A DNA stretch of 64,000 nt, taken from Eledone cirrhosa. Its lineage: Eukaryota. This document shows, piece after piece, positions 38,001-53,000 of this stretch. The translations under genes and the position numbers were made by a program. The stretch is from assembly GCA_964016885.1 (NCBI GenBank), contig OZ024748.1, forward strand, positions 41,540,001 to 41,604,000. The letters run 5' to 3'. The notes below the pieces were generated by a model. It was not told the origin of the DNA. It was given only the letters and a program-made list of their open reading frames with translations, and did not search any database. Position 1 is the first letter of the stretch. Each line of letters starts with the position of its first letter.

Positions 38001-41000
38001 TGTAGTTATTGTTGTAGTTATTGTTGTAGTTACTGTTGTAGTTACTGTTGTAGTTGCTGTTGTAGTTACTGTTGTAGTTGCTGTTGAAGTTACTGTTGTA
38101 GTTACTGTTGTAGTTACTATTGTAGTTACTGTTGTAGTTACTGTTGTAGTTATTGTTGTAGTTATTGTTGTAGTTACTGTTGTAGTTACTGTTGTAGTTG
38201 CTGTTGTAGTTACTGTTGTAGTTGCTGTTGTAGTTACTGTTGTAGTTACTGTTGTAGTTACTATTGTAGTTACTGTTGTAGTTACTGTTGTAGTTATTGT
38301 TGTAGTTACTGTTGTAGTTACTGTTGTAGTTACTGTTGTAGTTATTGTTGTAGTTATTGTTGTAGTTGCTGTTGTAGTCACTGTTGTAGTTGCTGTTGTA
38401 GTTACTGTTGTAGTTACTGTTGTAGTTGCTGTTGTAGTTACTGTTGTAGTTACTGTTGTAGTTACTGTTGTAGTTACTGTTGTAGTTACTGTTGTAGTTA
38501 CTGTTGTAGTTGCTGTTGTAGTTACTGTTGTAGTTACTGTTGTAGTTACTGTTGTAGTTATTGTTGTAGTTATTGTTGTAGTTGCTGTTGTAGTTACTGT
38601 TGTAGTTACTGTTGTAGTTGCTGTTGTAGTTGCTGTTGTAGTTACTGTTGTAGTTACTGTTGTAGTTACTATTGTAGTTACTGTTGTAGTTGCTGTTGTA
38701 GTTACTGTTGTAGTTACTGTTGTAGTTACTGTTGTAGTTACTGTTGTAGTTTTTGTTGTAGTTACTGCTGTAGTTACTGTTGTAGTTACTGTTGTAGTTA
38801 TTGTTGTAGTTATTGTTGTAGTTGCTGTTGTAGTTACTGTTGTAGTTGCTGTTGTAGTTACTGTTGTAGTTACTGTTGTAGTTACTGTTGTAGTTACTGT
38901 TGTAGTTACTGTTGTAGTTACTGTTGTAGTTACTGTTGTAGTCACTGCTGTAGTTACTGTTGTAGTTACTGTTGTAGTTATTGTTGTAGTTACTGTTGTA
39001 GTTACTGTTGTAGTTACTGTTGTAGTTACTGTTGTAGTTACTGTTGTAGTTACTGTTGTAGTTACTGCTGTAGTTATTATTGTAGTTATTGTTGTAGTTG
39101 CTGTTGTAGTTACTGTTGTAGTTGTTGTTGTAGTTACTGTTGTAGTTACTGTTGTAGTTACTGTTGTAGTTACTGTTGTAGTTACTGTTGTAGTTACTGT
39201 TGTAGTTACTGTTGTAGTTATTGTTGTAGTTAATTTTGTAGTTACTGTTGTAGTTACTGTTGTAGTTATTGTTGTAGTTACTGTTGTAGTTACTGTTGTA
39301 GTTACTGTTGTAGTTACTGTTGTAGTTACTGTTGTAGTTACTGTTGTAGTTACTGTTGTAGTTATTGTTGTTACTGCTGTTGCTGTTGTAGTTGCTGTTG
39401 TAGTTACTGTTGTAGTTGCTGTTGTAGTTACTGTTGTAGTTACTGTTGTAGTTACTATTGTAGTTACTGTTGTAGTTACTGTTGTAGTTATTGTTGTAGT
39501 TATTGTTGTAGTTACTGTTGTAGTTACTGTTGTAGTTACTGTTGTAGTTACTGTTGTAGTTACTGTTGTAGTTACTGTTGTAGTTGCTGTTGTAGTTACT
39601 GGTGTAGTTATTGTTGTAGTTTTTGTTGTAGTTACTGTTGTAGTTACTGTTGTAGTTATTGTTGTTACTGCTGTAGTTACTTTTGTAGTTACTGTTGTAG
39701 TTACTGTTGTAGTTACTGTTGTAGTTATTGTTGTAGTTATTGTTGTAGTTACTGTTGTAGTTACTGTTGTAGTTACTGTTGTAGTTACTGTTGTAGTTAC
39801 TGTTGTAGTTACTGTTGTAGTTACTGTTGTAGTTACTGTTGTAGTTACTGTTGTAGTTATTGTTGTAGTTACTGTTGTAGTTACTGTTGTAGTTACTGTT
39901 GTAGTTACTGTTTTAGTTACTGTTGTAGTTACTGTTGTAGTTACTGTTGTAGTTGCTGTTGTAGCTACTGTTGTAGTTGCTGTTGTAGTTACTGTTGTAG
40001 TTACTGTTGTGGTTACTGTTGTAGTTACTGTTGTAGTTACTGTTGTAGTTATTGTTGTAGTTATTGTTGTAGTTACTGTTGTAGTTACTGTTGTAGTTAC
40101 TGTTGTAGTTACTGTTGTAGTTACTGTTGTAGTTACTGTTGTAGTCACTGTTGTAGTTACTGTTGTAGTTACTGTTGTAGTTACTGTTGGAGTTACTGTT
40201 GTAGTTACTGTTGTAGTTATTTTTGTAGTTACTGTTGTAGTTACTGTTGTAGTTACTGTTGTAGTTACTGTTGTAGTTACTATTGTAGTTACTGTTGTAG
40301 TTACTGTTGTAGTTATTGTTGTAGTTATTGTTGTAGTTACTGTTGTAGTTACTGTTGTAGTTACTGTTGTAGTTACTGTTGTAGTTACTGTTGTAGTTAC
40401 TGTTGTAGTTGCTGTTGTAGTTACTGGTGTAGTTATTGTTGTAGTTTTTGTTGTAGTTACTGTTGTAGTTACTGTTGTAGTTATTGTTGTTACTGCTGTA
40501 GTTACTGTTGTAGTTACTGTTGTAGTTACTGTTGTAGTTACTGTTGTAGTTATTGTTGTAGTTATTGTTGTAGTTACTGTTGTAGTTACTGTTGTAGTTA
40601 CTGTTGTAGTTACTGTTGTAGTTACTGTTGTAGTTACTGTTGTAGTTACTGTTGTAGTTACTGTTGTAGTTACTGTTGTAGTTATTGTTGTAGTTACTGT
40701 TGTAGTTACTGTTGTAGTTACTGTTGTAGTTACTGTTGTAGTTACTGTTGTAGTTACTGTTGTAGTTACTGTTGTAGTTGCTGTTGTAGCTACTGTTGTA
40801 GTTGCTGTTGTAGTTACTGTTGTAGTTACTGTTGTGGTTACTGTTGTAGTTACTGTTGTAGTTACTGTTGTAGTTATTGTTGTAGTTATTGTTGTAGTTA
40901 CTGTTGTAGTTACTGTTGTAGTTACTGTTGTAGTTACTGTTGTAGTTACTGTTGTAGTTACAGTTGTAGTCACTGTTGTAGTTACTGTTGTAGTTACTGT

Positions 41001-44000
41001 TGTAGTTACTGTTGGAGTTACTGTTGTAGTTACTGTTGTAGTTACTGTTGTAGTTACTGTTGTAGTTATTTTTGTAGTTACTGTTGTAGTTACTGTTGTA
41101 GTTACTGTTGTAGTTACTGTTGTAGTTATTGTTGTAGTTATTTTTGTAGTTACTGTTGTAGTTACTGTTGTAGTTATTGTTGTAGTTACTGTTGTAGTTA
41201 CTGTTGTAGTTACTGTTGTAGTTACTGTTGTAGTTATTGTTGTAGTTACTGTTGTAGTTACTGTTGTAGTTATTGTTGTTACTGCTGTTGCTGTTGTAGT
41301 TGCTGTTGTAGTTACTGTTGTAGTTGCTGTTGTAGTTACTGTTGTAGTTACTGTTGTAGTTACTGTTGTAGTTACTGTTGTAGTTACTGTTGTAGTTACT
41401 ATTGTAGTTACTGTTGTAGTTACTGTTGTAGTTATTGTTGCAGTTACTGTTGTAGTTACTGTTGTAGTTACTGTTGTAGTTACTGTTGTAGTTACTGTTG
41501 TAGTTATTGTTGTAGTTATTGTTGTAGTTACTGTTGTAGTTACTGTTGTAGTTGCTGTTGTAGTTACTGTTGTAGTTGCTGTTGAAGTTACTGTTGTAGT
41601 TACTGTTGTAGTTACTATTGTAGTTACTGTTGTAGTTACTGTTGTAGTTATTGTTGTAGTTATTGTTGTAGTTACTGTTGTAGTTACTGTTGTAGTTGCT
41701 GTTGTAGTTACTGTTGTAGTTGCTGTTGTAGTTACTGTTGTAGTTACTGTTGTAGTTACTATTGTAGTTACTGTTGTAGTTACTGTTGTAGTTATTGTTG
41801 TAGTTACTGTTGTAGTTACTGTTGTAGTTACTGTTGTAGTTATTGTTGTAGTTATTGTTGTAGTTGCTGTTGTAGTCACTGTTGTAGTTGCTGTTGTAGT
41901 TACTGTTGTAGTTACTGTTGTAGTTGCTGTTGTAGTTACTGTTGTAGTTACTGTTGTAGTTACTGTTGTAGTTACTGTTGTAGTTACTGTTGTAGTTACT
42001 GTTGTAGTTGCTGTTGTAGTTATTGTTGTAGTTATTGTTGTAGTTGCTGTTGTAGTTACTGTTGTAGTTACTGTTGTAGTTGCTGTTGTAGTTGCTGTTG
42101 TAGTTACTGTTGTAGTTACTGTTGTAGTTACTGTTGTAGTTACTATTGTAGTTACTGTTGTAGTTGCTGTTGTAGTTACTGTTGTAGTTACTGTTGTAGT
42201 TACTGTTGTAGTTACTGTTGTAGTTTTTGTTGTAGTTACTGCTGTAGTTACTGTTGTAGTTACTGTTGTAGTTGCTGTTGTAGTTATTGTTGTAGTTATT
42301 GTTGTAGTTGCTGTTGTAGTTACTGTTGTAGTTACTGTTGTAGTTGCTGTTGTAGTTGCTGTTGTAGTTACTGTTGTAGTTACTGTTGTAGTTTTTGTTG
42401 TAGTTACTATTGTAGTTACTGTTGTAGTTGCTGTTGTAGTTACTGTTGTAGTTACTGTTGTAGTTACTGTTGTAGTTACTGTTGTAGTTTTTGTTGTAGT
42501 TACTGCTGTAGTTACTGTTGTAGTTACTGTTGTAGTTATTGTTGTAGTTATTGTTGTAGTTGCTGTTGTAGTTACTGTTGTAGTTGCTGTTGTAGTTACT
42601 GTTGTAGTTACTGTTGTAGTTACTGTTGTAGTTACTGTTGTAGTTACTGTTGTAGTTACTGTTGTAGTCACTGCTGTAGTTACTGTTGTAGTTACTGTTG
42701 TAGTTATTGTTGTAGTTACTGTTGTAGTTACTGTTGTAGTTACTGTTGTAGTTACTGTTGTAGTTACTGTTGTAGTTACTGTTGTAGTTACTGCTGTAGT
42801 TATTATTGTAGTTATTGTTGTAGTTGCTGTTGTAGTTACTGTTGTAGTTGTTGTTGTAGTTACTGTTGTAGTTACTGTTGTAGTTACTGTTGTAGTTACT
42901 GTTGTAGTTACTGTTGTAGTTACTGTTGTAGTTACTGTTGTAGTTATTGTTGTAGTTATTTTTGTAGTTACTGTTGTAGTTACTGTTGTAGTTATTGTTG
43001 TAGTTACTGTTGTAGTTACTGTTGTAGTTACTGTTGTAGTTACTGTTGTAGTTACTGTTGTAGTTACTGTTGTAGTTACTGTTGTAGTTATTGTTGTTAC
43101 TGCTGTTGCTGTTGTAGTTGCTGTTGTAGTTACTGTTGTAGTTGCTGTTGTAGTTACTGTTGTAGTTACTGTTGTAGTTACTATTGTAGTTACTGTTGTA
43201 GTTACTGTTGTAGTTATTGTTGTAGTTATTGTTGTAGTTACTGTTGTAGTTACTGTTGTAGTTACTGTTGTAGTTACTGTTGTAGTTACTGTTGTAGTTA
43301 CTGTTGTAGTTGCTGTTGTAGTTACTGGTGTAGTTATTGTTGTAGTTTTTGTTGTAGTTACTGTTGTAGTTACTGTTGTAGTTATTGTTGTTACTGCTGT
43401 AGTTACTGTTGTAGTTACTGTTGTAGTTACTGTTGTAGTTACTGTTGTAGTTATTGTTGTAGTTATTGTTGTAGTTACTGTTGTAGTTACTGTTGTAGTT
43501 ACTGTTGTAGTTACTGTTGTAGTTACTGTTGTAGTTACTGTTGTAGTTACTGTTGTAGTTACTGTTGTAGTTACTGTTGTAGTTATTGTTGTAGTTACTG
43601 TTGTAGTTACTGTTGTAGTTACTGTTGTAGTTACTGTTTTAGTTACTGTTGTAGTTACTGTTGTAGTCACTGTTGTAGTTACTGTTGTAGTTACTGTTGT
43701 AGTTACTGTTGGAGTTACTGTTGTAGTTACTGTTGTAGTTACTGTTGTAGTTACTGTTGTAGTTATTTTTGTAGTTACTGTTGTAGTTACTGTTGTAGTT
43801 ACTGTTGTAGTTACTGTTGTAGTTATTGTTGTAGTTATTTTTGTAGTTACTGTTGTAGTTACTGTTGTAGTTATTGTTGTAGTTACTGTTGTAGTTACTG
43901 TTGTAGTTACTGTTGTAGTTACTGTTGTAGTTACTGTTGTAGTTACTGTTGTAGTTACTGTTGTAGTTATTGTTGTTACTGCTGTTGCTGTTGTAGTTGC

Positions 44001-47000
44001 TGTTGTAGTTACTGTTGTAGTTGCTGTTGTAGTTACTGTTGTAGTTACTGTTGTAGTTACTATTGTAGTTACTGTTGTAGTTACTGTTGTAGTTATTGTT
44101 GCAGTTACTGTTGTAGTTACTGTTGTAGTTACTGTTGTAGTTACTGTTGTAGTTACTGTTGTAGTTATTGTTGTAGTTATTGTTGTAGTTACTGTTGTAG
44201 TTACTGTTGTAGTTGCTGTTGTAGTTACTGTTGTAGTTGCTGTTGTAGTTACTGTTGTAGTTACTGTTGTAGTTACTATTGTAGTTACTGTTGTAGTTAC
44301 TGTTGTAGTTATTGTTGTAGTTATTGTTGTAGTTACTGTTGTAGTTACTGTTGTAGTTGCTGTTGTAGTTACTGTTGTAGTTGCTGTTGTAGTTACTGTT
44401 GTAGTTACTGTTGTAGTTACTATTGTAGTTACTGTTGTAGTTACTGTTGTAGTTATTGTTGTAGTTACTGTTGTAGTTACTGTTGTAGTTACTGTTGTAG
44501 TTATTGTTGTAGTTATTGTTGTAGTTGCTGTTGTAGTTACTGTTATAGTTGCTGTTGTAGTTACTGTTGTAGTTACTGTTGTAGTTGCTGTTGTAGTTAC
44601 TGTTGTAGTTACTGTTGTAGTTACTGTTGTTGTTACTGTTGTAGTTACTGTTGTAGTTACTGTTGTAGTTGCTGTTGTAGTTACTTTTGTAGTTACTGTT
44701 GTAGTTACTGTTGTAGTTATTGTTGTAGTTATTGTTGTAGTTGCTGTTGTAGTTACTGTTGTAGTTACTGTTGTAGTTGCTGTTGTAGTTGCTGTTGTAG
44801 TTACTGTTGTAGTTACTGTTGTAGTTACTATTGTAGTTACTGTTGTAGTTGCTGTTGTAGTTACTGTTGTAGTTAGTGTTGTAGTTACTGTTGTAGTTAC
44901 TGTTGTAGTTTTTGTTGTAGTTACTGCTGTAGTTACTGTTGTAGTTACTGTTGTAGTTATTGTTGTAGTTATTGTTGTAGTTGCTGTTGTAGTTACTGTT
45001 GTAGTTGCTGTTGTAGTTACTGTTGTAGTTACTGTTGTAGTTACTGTTGTAGTTACTGTTGTAGTTACTGTTGTAGTTACTGTTGTAGTTACTGTTGTAG
45101 TCACTGCTGTAGTTACTGTTGTAGTTACTGTTGTAGTTATTGTTGTAGTTACTGTTGTAGTTACTGTTGTAGTTACTGTTGTAGTTACTGTTGTAGTTAC
45201 TGTTGTAGTTACTGTTGTAGTTACTGCTGTAGTTATTATTGTAGTTATTGTTGTAGTTGCTGTTGTAGTTACTGTTGTAGTTGTTGTTGTAGTTACTGTT
45301 GTAGTTACTGTTGTAGTTACTGTTGTAGTTACTGTTGTAGTTACTGTTGTAGTTACTGTTGTAGTTACTGTTGTAGTTACTGTTGTAGTTACTGTTGTAG
45401 TTGCTGTTGTAGTTACTGTTGTAGTTACTGTTGTAGTTACTGTTGTAGTTATTGTTGTAGTTATTGTTGTAGTTGCTGTTGTAGTTACTGTTGTAGTTAC
45501 TGTTGTAGTTGCTGTTGTAGTTGCTGTTGTAGTTACTGTTGTAGTTACTGTTGTAGTTACTATTGTAGTTACTGTTGTAGTTGCTGTTGTAGTTACTGTT
45601 GTAGTTACTGTTGTAGTTACTGTTGTAGTTACTGTTGTAGTTTTTGTTGTAGTTACTGCTGTAGTTACTGTTGTAGTTACTGTTGTAGTTATTGTTGTAG
45701 TTATTGTTGTAGTTGCTGTTGTAGTTACTGTTGTAGTTGCTGTTGTAGTTACTGTTGTAGTTACTGTTGTATTTACTGTTGTAGTTACTGTTGTAGTTAC
45801 TGTTGTAGTTACTGTTGTAGTTACTGTTGTAGTCACTGCTGTAGTTACTGTTGTAGTTACTGTTGTAGTTATTGTTGTAGTTACTGTTGTAGTTACTGTT
45901 GTAGTTACTGTTGTAGTTACTGTTGTAGTTACTGTTGTAGTTACTGTTGTAGTTACTGCTGTAGTTATTATTGTAGTTATTGTTGTAGTTGCTGTTGTAG
46001 TTACTGTTGTAGTTGTTGTTGTAGTTACTGTTGTAGTTACTGTTGTAGTTACTGTTGTAGTTACTGTTGTAGTTACTGTTGTAGTTACTGTTGTAGTTAC
46101 TGTTGTAGTTATTGTTGTTACTGCTGTTGCTGTTGTAGTTGCTGTTGTAGTTACTGTTGTAGTTGCTGTTGTAGTTACTGTTGTAGTTACTGTTGTAGTT
46201 ACTATTGTAGTTACTGTTGTAGTTACTGTTGTAGTTATTGTTGCAGTTACTGTTGTAGTTACTGTTGTAGTTACTGTTGTAGTTACTGTTGTAGTTACTG
46301 TTGTAGTTATTGTTGTAGTTATTGTTGTAGTTACTGTTGTAGTTACTGTTGTAGTTGCTGTTGTAGTTACTGTTGTAGTTGCTGTTGTAGTTACTGTTGT
46401 AGTTACTGTTGTAGTTACTATTGTAGTTACTGTTGTAGTTACTGTTGTAGTTATTGTTGTAGTTATTGTTGTAGTTACTGTTGTAGTTACTGTTGTAGTT
46501 GCTGTTGTAGTTACTGTTGTAGTTGCTGTTGTAGTTACTGTTGTAGTTACTGTTGTAGTTACTATTGTAGTTACTGTTGTAGTTACTGTTGTAGTTATTG
46601 TTGTAGTTACTGTTGTAGTTACTGTTGTAGTTACTGTTGTAGTTATTGTTGTAGTTATTGTTGTAGTTGCTGTTGTAGTTACTGTTATAGTTGCTGTTGT
46701 AGTTACTGTTGTAGTTACTGTTGTAGTTGCTGTTGTAGTTACTGTTGTAGTTACTGTTGTAGTTACTGTTGTTGTTACTGTTGTAGTTACTGTTGTAGTT
46801 ACTGTTGTAGTTGCTGTTGTAGTTACTTTTGTAGTTACTGTTGTAGTTACTGTTGTAGTTATTGTTGTAGTTATTGTTGTAGTTGCTGTTGTAGTTACTG
46901 TTGTAGTTACTGTTGTAGTTGCTGTTGTAGTTGCTGTTGTAGTTACTGTTATAGTTACTGTTGTAGTTACTATTGTAGTTACTGTTGTAGTTGCTGTTGT

Positions 47001-50000
47001 AGTTACTGTTGTAGTTACTGTTGTAGTTACTGTTGTAGTTACTGTTGTAGTTTTTGTTGTAGTTACTGCTGTAGTTACTGTTGTAGTTACTGTTGTAGTT
47101 ATTGTTGTAGTTATTGTTGTAGTTGCTGTTGTAGTTACTGTTGTAGTTGCTGTTGTAGTTACTGTTGTAGTTACTGTTGTAGTTACTGTTGTAGTTACTG
47201 TTGTAGTTACTGTTGTAGTTACTGTTGTAGTTACTGTTGTAGTCACTGCTGTAGTTACTGTTGTAGTTACTGTTGTAGTTATTGTTGTAGTTACTGTTGT
47301 AGTTACTGTTGTAGTTACTGTTGTAGTTACTGTTGTAGTTACTGTTGTAGTTACTGTTGTAGTTACTGCTGTAGTTATTATTGTAGTTATTGTTGTAGTT
47401 GCTGTTGTAGTTACTGTTGTAGTTGTTGTTGTAGTTACTGTTGTAGTTACTGTTGTAGTTACTGTTGTAGTTACTGTTGTAGTTACTGTTGTAGTTACTG
47501 TTGTAGTTACTGTTGTAGTTACTGTTGTAGTTACTGTTGTAGTTGCTGTTGTAGTTACTGTTGTAGTTACTGTTGTAGTTACTGTTGTAGTTATTGTTGT
47601 AGTTATTGTTGTAGTTGCTGTTGTAGTTACTGTTGTAGTTACTGTTGTAGTTGCTGTTGTAGTTGCTGTTGTAGTTACTGTTGTAGTTACTGTTGTAGTT
47701 ACTATTGTAGTTACTGTTGTAGTTGCTGTTGTAGTTACTGTTGTAGTTACTGTTGTAGTTACTGTTGTAGTTACTGTTGTAGTTTTTGTTGTAGTTACTG
47801 CTGTAGTTACTGTTGTAGTTACTGTTGTAGTTATTGTTGTAGTTATTGTTGTAGTTGCTGTTGTAGTTACTGTTGTAGTTGCTGTTGTAGTTACTGTTGT
47901 AGTTACTGTTGTATTTACTGTTGTAGTTACTGTTGTAGTTACTGTTGTAGTTACTGTTGTAGTTACTGTTGTAGTCACTGCTGTAGTTACTGTTGTAGTT
48001 ACTGTTGTAGTTATTGTTGTAGTTACTGTTGTAGTTACTGTTGTAGTTACTGTTGTAGTTACTGTTGTAGTTACTGTTGTAGTTACTGTTGTAGTTACTG
48101 CTGTAGTTATTATTGTAGTTATTGTTGTAGTTGCTGTTGTAGTTACTGTTGTAGTTGTTGTTGTAGTTACTGTTGTAGTTACTGTTGTAGTTACTGTTGT
48201 AGTTACTGTTGTAGTTACTGTTGTAGTTACTGTTGTAGTTACTGTTGTAGTTATTGTTGTAGTTATTTTTGTAGTTACTGTTGTAGTTACTGTTGTAGTT
48301 ATTGTTGTAGTTACTGTTGTAGTTACTGTTGTAGTTACTGTTGTAGTTACTGTTGTAGTTACTGTTGTAGTTACTGTTGTAGTTACTGTTGTAGTTATTG
48401 TTGTTACTGCTGTTGCTGTTGTAGTTGCTGTTGTAGTTACTGTTGTAGTTGCTGTTGTAGTTACTGTTGTAGTTACTGTTGTAGTTACTATTGTAGTTAC
48501 TGTTGTAGTTACTGTTGTAGTTATTGTTGTAGTTATTGTTGTAGTTACTGTTGTAGTTACTGTTGTAGTTACTGTTGTAGTTACTGTTGTAGTTACTGTT
48601 GTAGTTACTGTTGTAGTTGCTGTTGTAGTTACTGGTGTAGTTATTGTTGTAGTTTTTGTTGTAGTTACTGTTGTAGTTACTGTTGTAGTTATTGTTGTTA
48701 CTGCTGTAGTTACTGTTGTAGTTACTGTTGTAGTTACTGTTGTAGTTACTGTTGTAGTTATTGTTGTAGTTATTGTTGTAGTTACTGTTGTAGTTACTGT
48801 TGTAGTTACTGTTGTAGTTACTGTTGTAGTTACTGTTGTAGTTACTGTTGTAGTTACTGTTGTAGTTACTGTTGTAGTTACTGTTGTAGTTATTGTTGTA
48901 GTTACTGTTGTAGTTACTGTTGTAGTTACTGTTGTAGTTACTGTTGTAGTTACTGTTGTAGTTACTGTTGTAGTTACTGTTGTAGTTGCTGTTGTAGCTA
49001 CTGTTGTAGTTGCTGTAGTAGTTACTGTTGTAGTTACTGTTGTGGTTACTGTTGTAGTTACTGTTGTAGTTACTGTTGTAGTTATTGTTGTAGTTATTGT
49101 TGTAGTTACTGTTGTAGTTACTGTTGTAGTTACTGTTGTAGTTACTGTTGTAGTTACTGTTGTAGTTACTGTTGTAGTCACTGTTGTAGTTACTGTTGTA
49201 GTTACTGTTGTAGTTACTGTTGGAGTTACTGTTGTAGTTACTGTTGTAGTTACTGTTGTAGTTACTGTTGTAGTTATTTTTGTAGTTACTGTTGTAGTTA
49301 CTTTTGTAGTTACTGTTGTAGTTACTGTTGTAGTTATTGTTGTAGTTATTTTTGTAGTTACTGTTGTAGTTACTGTTGTAGTTATTGTTGTAGTTACTGT
49401 TGTAGTTACTGTTGTAGTTACTGTTGTAGTTACTGTTGTAGTTACTGTTGTAGTTACTGTTGTAGTTACTGTTGTAGTTATTGTTGTTACTGCTGTTGCT
49501 GTTGTAGTTGCTGTTGTAGTTACTGTTGTAGTTGCTGTTGTAGTTATTTTTGTAGTTACTGTTGTAGTTACTGTTGTAGTTACTGTTGTAGTTACTGTTG
49601 TAGTTATTGTTGTAGTTACTGTTGTAGTTACTATTGTAGTTACTGTTGTAGTTACTGTTGTAGTTATTGTTGTAGTTACTGTTGTAGTTACTGTTGTAGT
49701 TACTGTTGTAGTTATTGTTGTAGTTATTGTTGTAGTTGCTGTTGTAGTTACTGTTATAGTTGCTGTTGTAGTTACTGTTGTAGTTACTGTTGTAGTTGCT
49801 GTTGTAGTTACTGTTGTAGTTACTGTTGTAGTTACTGTTGTTGTTACTGTTGTAGTTACTGTTGTAGTTACTGTTGTAGTTGCTGTTGTAGTTACTTTTG
49901 TAGTTACTGTTGTAGTTACTGTTGTAGTTATTGTTGTAGTTATTGTTGTAGTTGCTGTTGTAGTTACTGTTGTAGTTACTGTTGTAGTTGCTGTTGTAGT

Positions 50001-53000
50001 TGCTGTTGTAGTTACTGTTGTAGTTACTGTTGTAGTTATTGTTGTAGTTATTTTTGTAGTTACTGTTGTAGTTACTGTTGTAGTTATTGTTGTAGTTACT
50101 GTTGTAGTTACTGTTGTAGTTACTGTTGTAGTTACTGTTGTAGTTACTGTTGTAGTTACTGTTGTAGTTACTGTTGTAGTTACTGTTGTAGTTATTGTTG
50201 TTACTGCTGTTGCTGTTGTAGTTGCTGTTGTAGTTACTGTTGTAGTTGCTGTTGTAGTTATTTTTGTAGTTACTGTTGTAGTTACTGTTGTAGTTACTGT
50301 TGTAGTTACTGTTGTAGTTATTGTTGTAGTTACTGTTGTAGTTACTATTGTAGTTACTGTTGTAGTTACTGTTGTAGTTATTGTTGTAGTTACTGTTGTA
50401 GTTACTGTTGTAGTTACTGTTGTAGTTATTGTTGTAGTTATTGTTGTAGTTGCTGTTGTAGTTACTGTTATAGTTGCTGTTGTAGTTACTGTTGTAGTTA
50501 CTGTTGTAGTTGCTGTTGTAGTTACTGTTGTAGTTACTGTTGTAGTTACTGTTGTTGTTACTGTTGTAGTTACTGTTGTAGTTACTGTTGTAGTTGCTGT
50601 TGTAGTTACTTTTGTAGTTACTGTTGTAGTTACTGTTGTAGTTATTGTTGTAGTTATTGTTGTAGTTGCTGTTGTAGTTACTGTTGTAGTTACTGTTGTA
50701 GTTGCTGTTGTAGTTGCTGTTGTAGTTACTGTTGTAGTTACTGTTGTAGTTACTATTGTAGTTACTGTTGTAGTTGCTGTTGTAGTTACTGTTGTAGTTA
50801 CTGTTGTAGTTACTGTTGTAGTTACTGTTGTAGTTTTTGTTGTAGTTACTGCTGTAGTTACTGTTGTAGTTACTGTTGTAGTTATTGTTGTAGTTATTGT
50901 TGTAGTTGCTGTTGTAGTTACTGTTGTAGTTGCTGTTGTAGTTACTGTTGTAGTTACTGTTGTAGTTACTGTTGTAGTTACTGTTGTAGTTACTGTTGTA
51001 GTTACTGTTGTAGTTACTGTTGTAGTCACTGCTGTAGTTACTGTTGTAGTTACTGTTGTAGTTATTGTTGTAGTTACTGTTGTAGTTACTGTTGTAGTTA
51101 CTGTTGTAGTTACTGTTGTAGTTACTGTTGTAGTTACTGTTGTAGTTACTGCTGTAGTTATTATTGTAGTTATTGTTGTAGTTGCTGTTGTAGTTACTGT
51201 TGTAGTTGTTGTTGTAGTTACTGTTGTAGTTACTGTTGTAGTTACTGTTGTAGTTACTGTTGTAGTTACTGTTGTAGTTACTGTTGTAGTTACTGTTGTA
51301 GTTACTGTTGTAGTTGCTGTTGTAGTTACTGTTGTAGTTACTGTTGTAGTTACTGTTGTAGTTATTGTTGTAGTTATTGTTGTAGTTGCTGTTGTAGTTA
51401 CTGTTGTAGTTACTGTTGTAGTTATTGTTGTTACTGCTGTAGTTACTGTTGTAGTTACTGTTGTAGTTACTGTTGTAGTTACTGTTGTAGTTATTGTTGT
51501 AGTTATTGTTGTAGTTACTGTTGTAGTTACTGTTGTAGTTACTGTTGTAGTTACTGTTGTAGTTACTGTTGTAGTTACTGTTGTAGTTACTGTTGTAGTT
51601 ACTGTTGTAGTTACTGTTGTAGTTACTGTTGTAGTTGCTGTTGTAGTTACTGGTGTAGTTATTGTTGTAGTTTTTGTTGTAGTTACTGTTGTAGTTACTG
51701 TTGTAGTTATTGTTGTTACTGCTGTAGTTACTGTTGTAGTTACTGTTGTAGTTACTGTTGTAGTTACTGTTGTAGTTATTGTTGTAGTTATTGTTGTAGT
51801 TACTGTTGTAGTTACTGTTGTAGTTACTGTTGTAGTTACTGTTGTAGTTACTGTTGTAGTTACTGTTGTAGTTACTGTTGTAGTTACTGTTGTAGTTACT
51901 GTTGTAGTTATTGTTGTAGTTACTGTTGTAGTTACTGTTGTAGTTACTGTTGTAGTTACTGTTGTAGTTACTGTTGTAGTTACTGTTGTAGTTACTGTTG
52001 TAGTTGCTGTTGTAGCTACTGTTGTAGTTGCTGTAGTAGTTACTGTTGTAGTTACTGTTGTGGTTACTGTTGTAGTTACTGTTGTAGTTACTGTTGTAGT
52101 TATTGTTGTAGTTATTGTTGTAGTTACTGTTGTAGTTACTGTTGTAGTTACTGTTGTAGTTACTGTTGTAGTTACTGTTGTAGTTACTGTTGTAGTCACT
52201 GTTGTAGTTACTGTTGTAGTTACTGTTGTAGTTACTGTTGGAGTTACTGTTGTAGTTACTGTTGTAGTTACTGTTGTAGTTACTGTTGTAGTTATTTTTG
52301 TAGTTACTGTTGTAGTTACTGTTGTAGTTACTGTTGTAGTTACTGTTGTAGTTATTGTTGTAGTTATTTTTGTAGTTACTGTTGTAGTTACTGTTGTAGT
52401 TATTGTTGTAGTTACTGTTGTAGTTACTGTTGTAGTTACTGTTGTAGTTACTGTTGTAGTTACTGTTGTAGTTACTGTTTTAGTTACTGTTGTAGTTATT
52501 GTTGTTACTGCTGTTGCTGTTGTAGTTGCTGTTGTAGTTACTGTTGTAGTTGCTGTTGTAGTTATTTTTGTAGTTACTGTTGTAGTTACTGTTGTAGTTA
52601 CTGTTGTAGTTACTGTTGTAGTTATTGTTGTAGTTACTGTTGTAGTTACTATTGTAGTTACTGTTGTAGTTACTGTTGTAGTTATTGTTGTAGTTACTGT
52701 TGTAGTTACTGTTGTAGTTACTGTTGTAGTTATTGTTGTAGTTATTGTTGTAGTTGCTGTTGTAGTTACTGTTATAGTTGCTGTTGTAGTTACTGTTGTA
52801 GTTACTGTTGTAGTTGCTGTTGTAGTTACTGTTGTAGTTACTGTTGTAGTTACTGTTGTTGTTACTGTTGTAGTTACTGTTGTAGTTACTGTTGTAGTTG
52901 CTGTTGTAGTTACTTTTGTAGTTACTGTTGTAGTTACTGTTGTAGTTATTGTTGTAGTTATTGTTGTAGTTGCTGTTGTAGTTACTGTTGTAGTTACTGT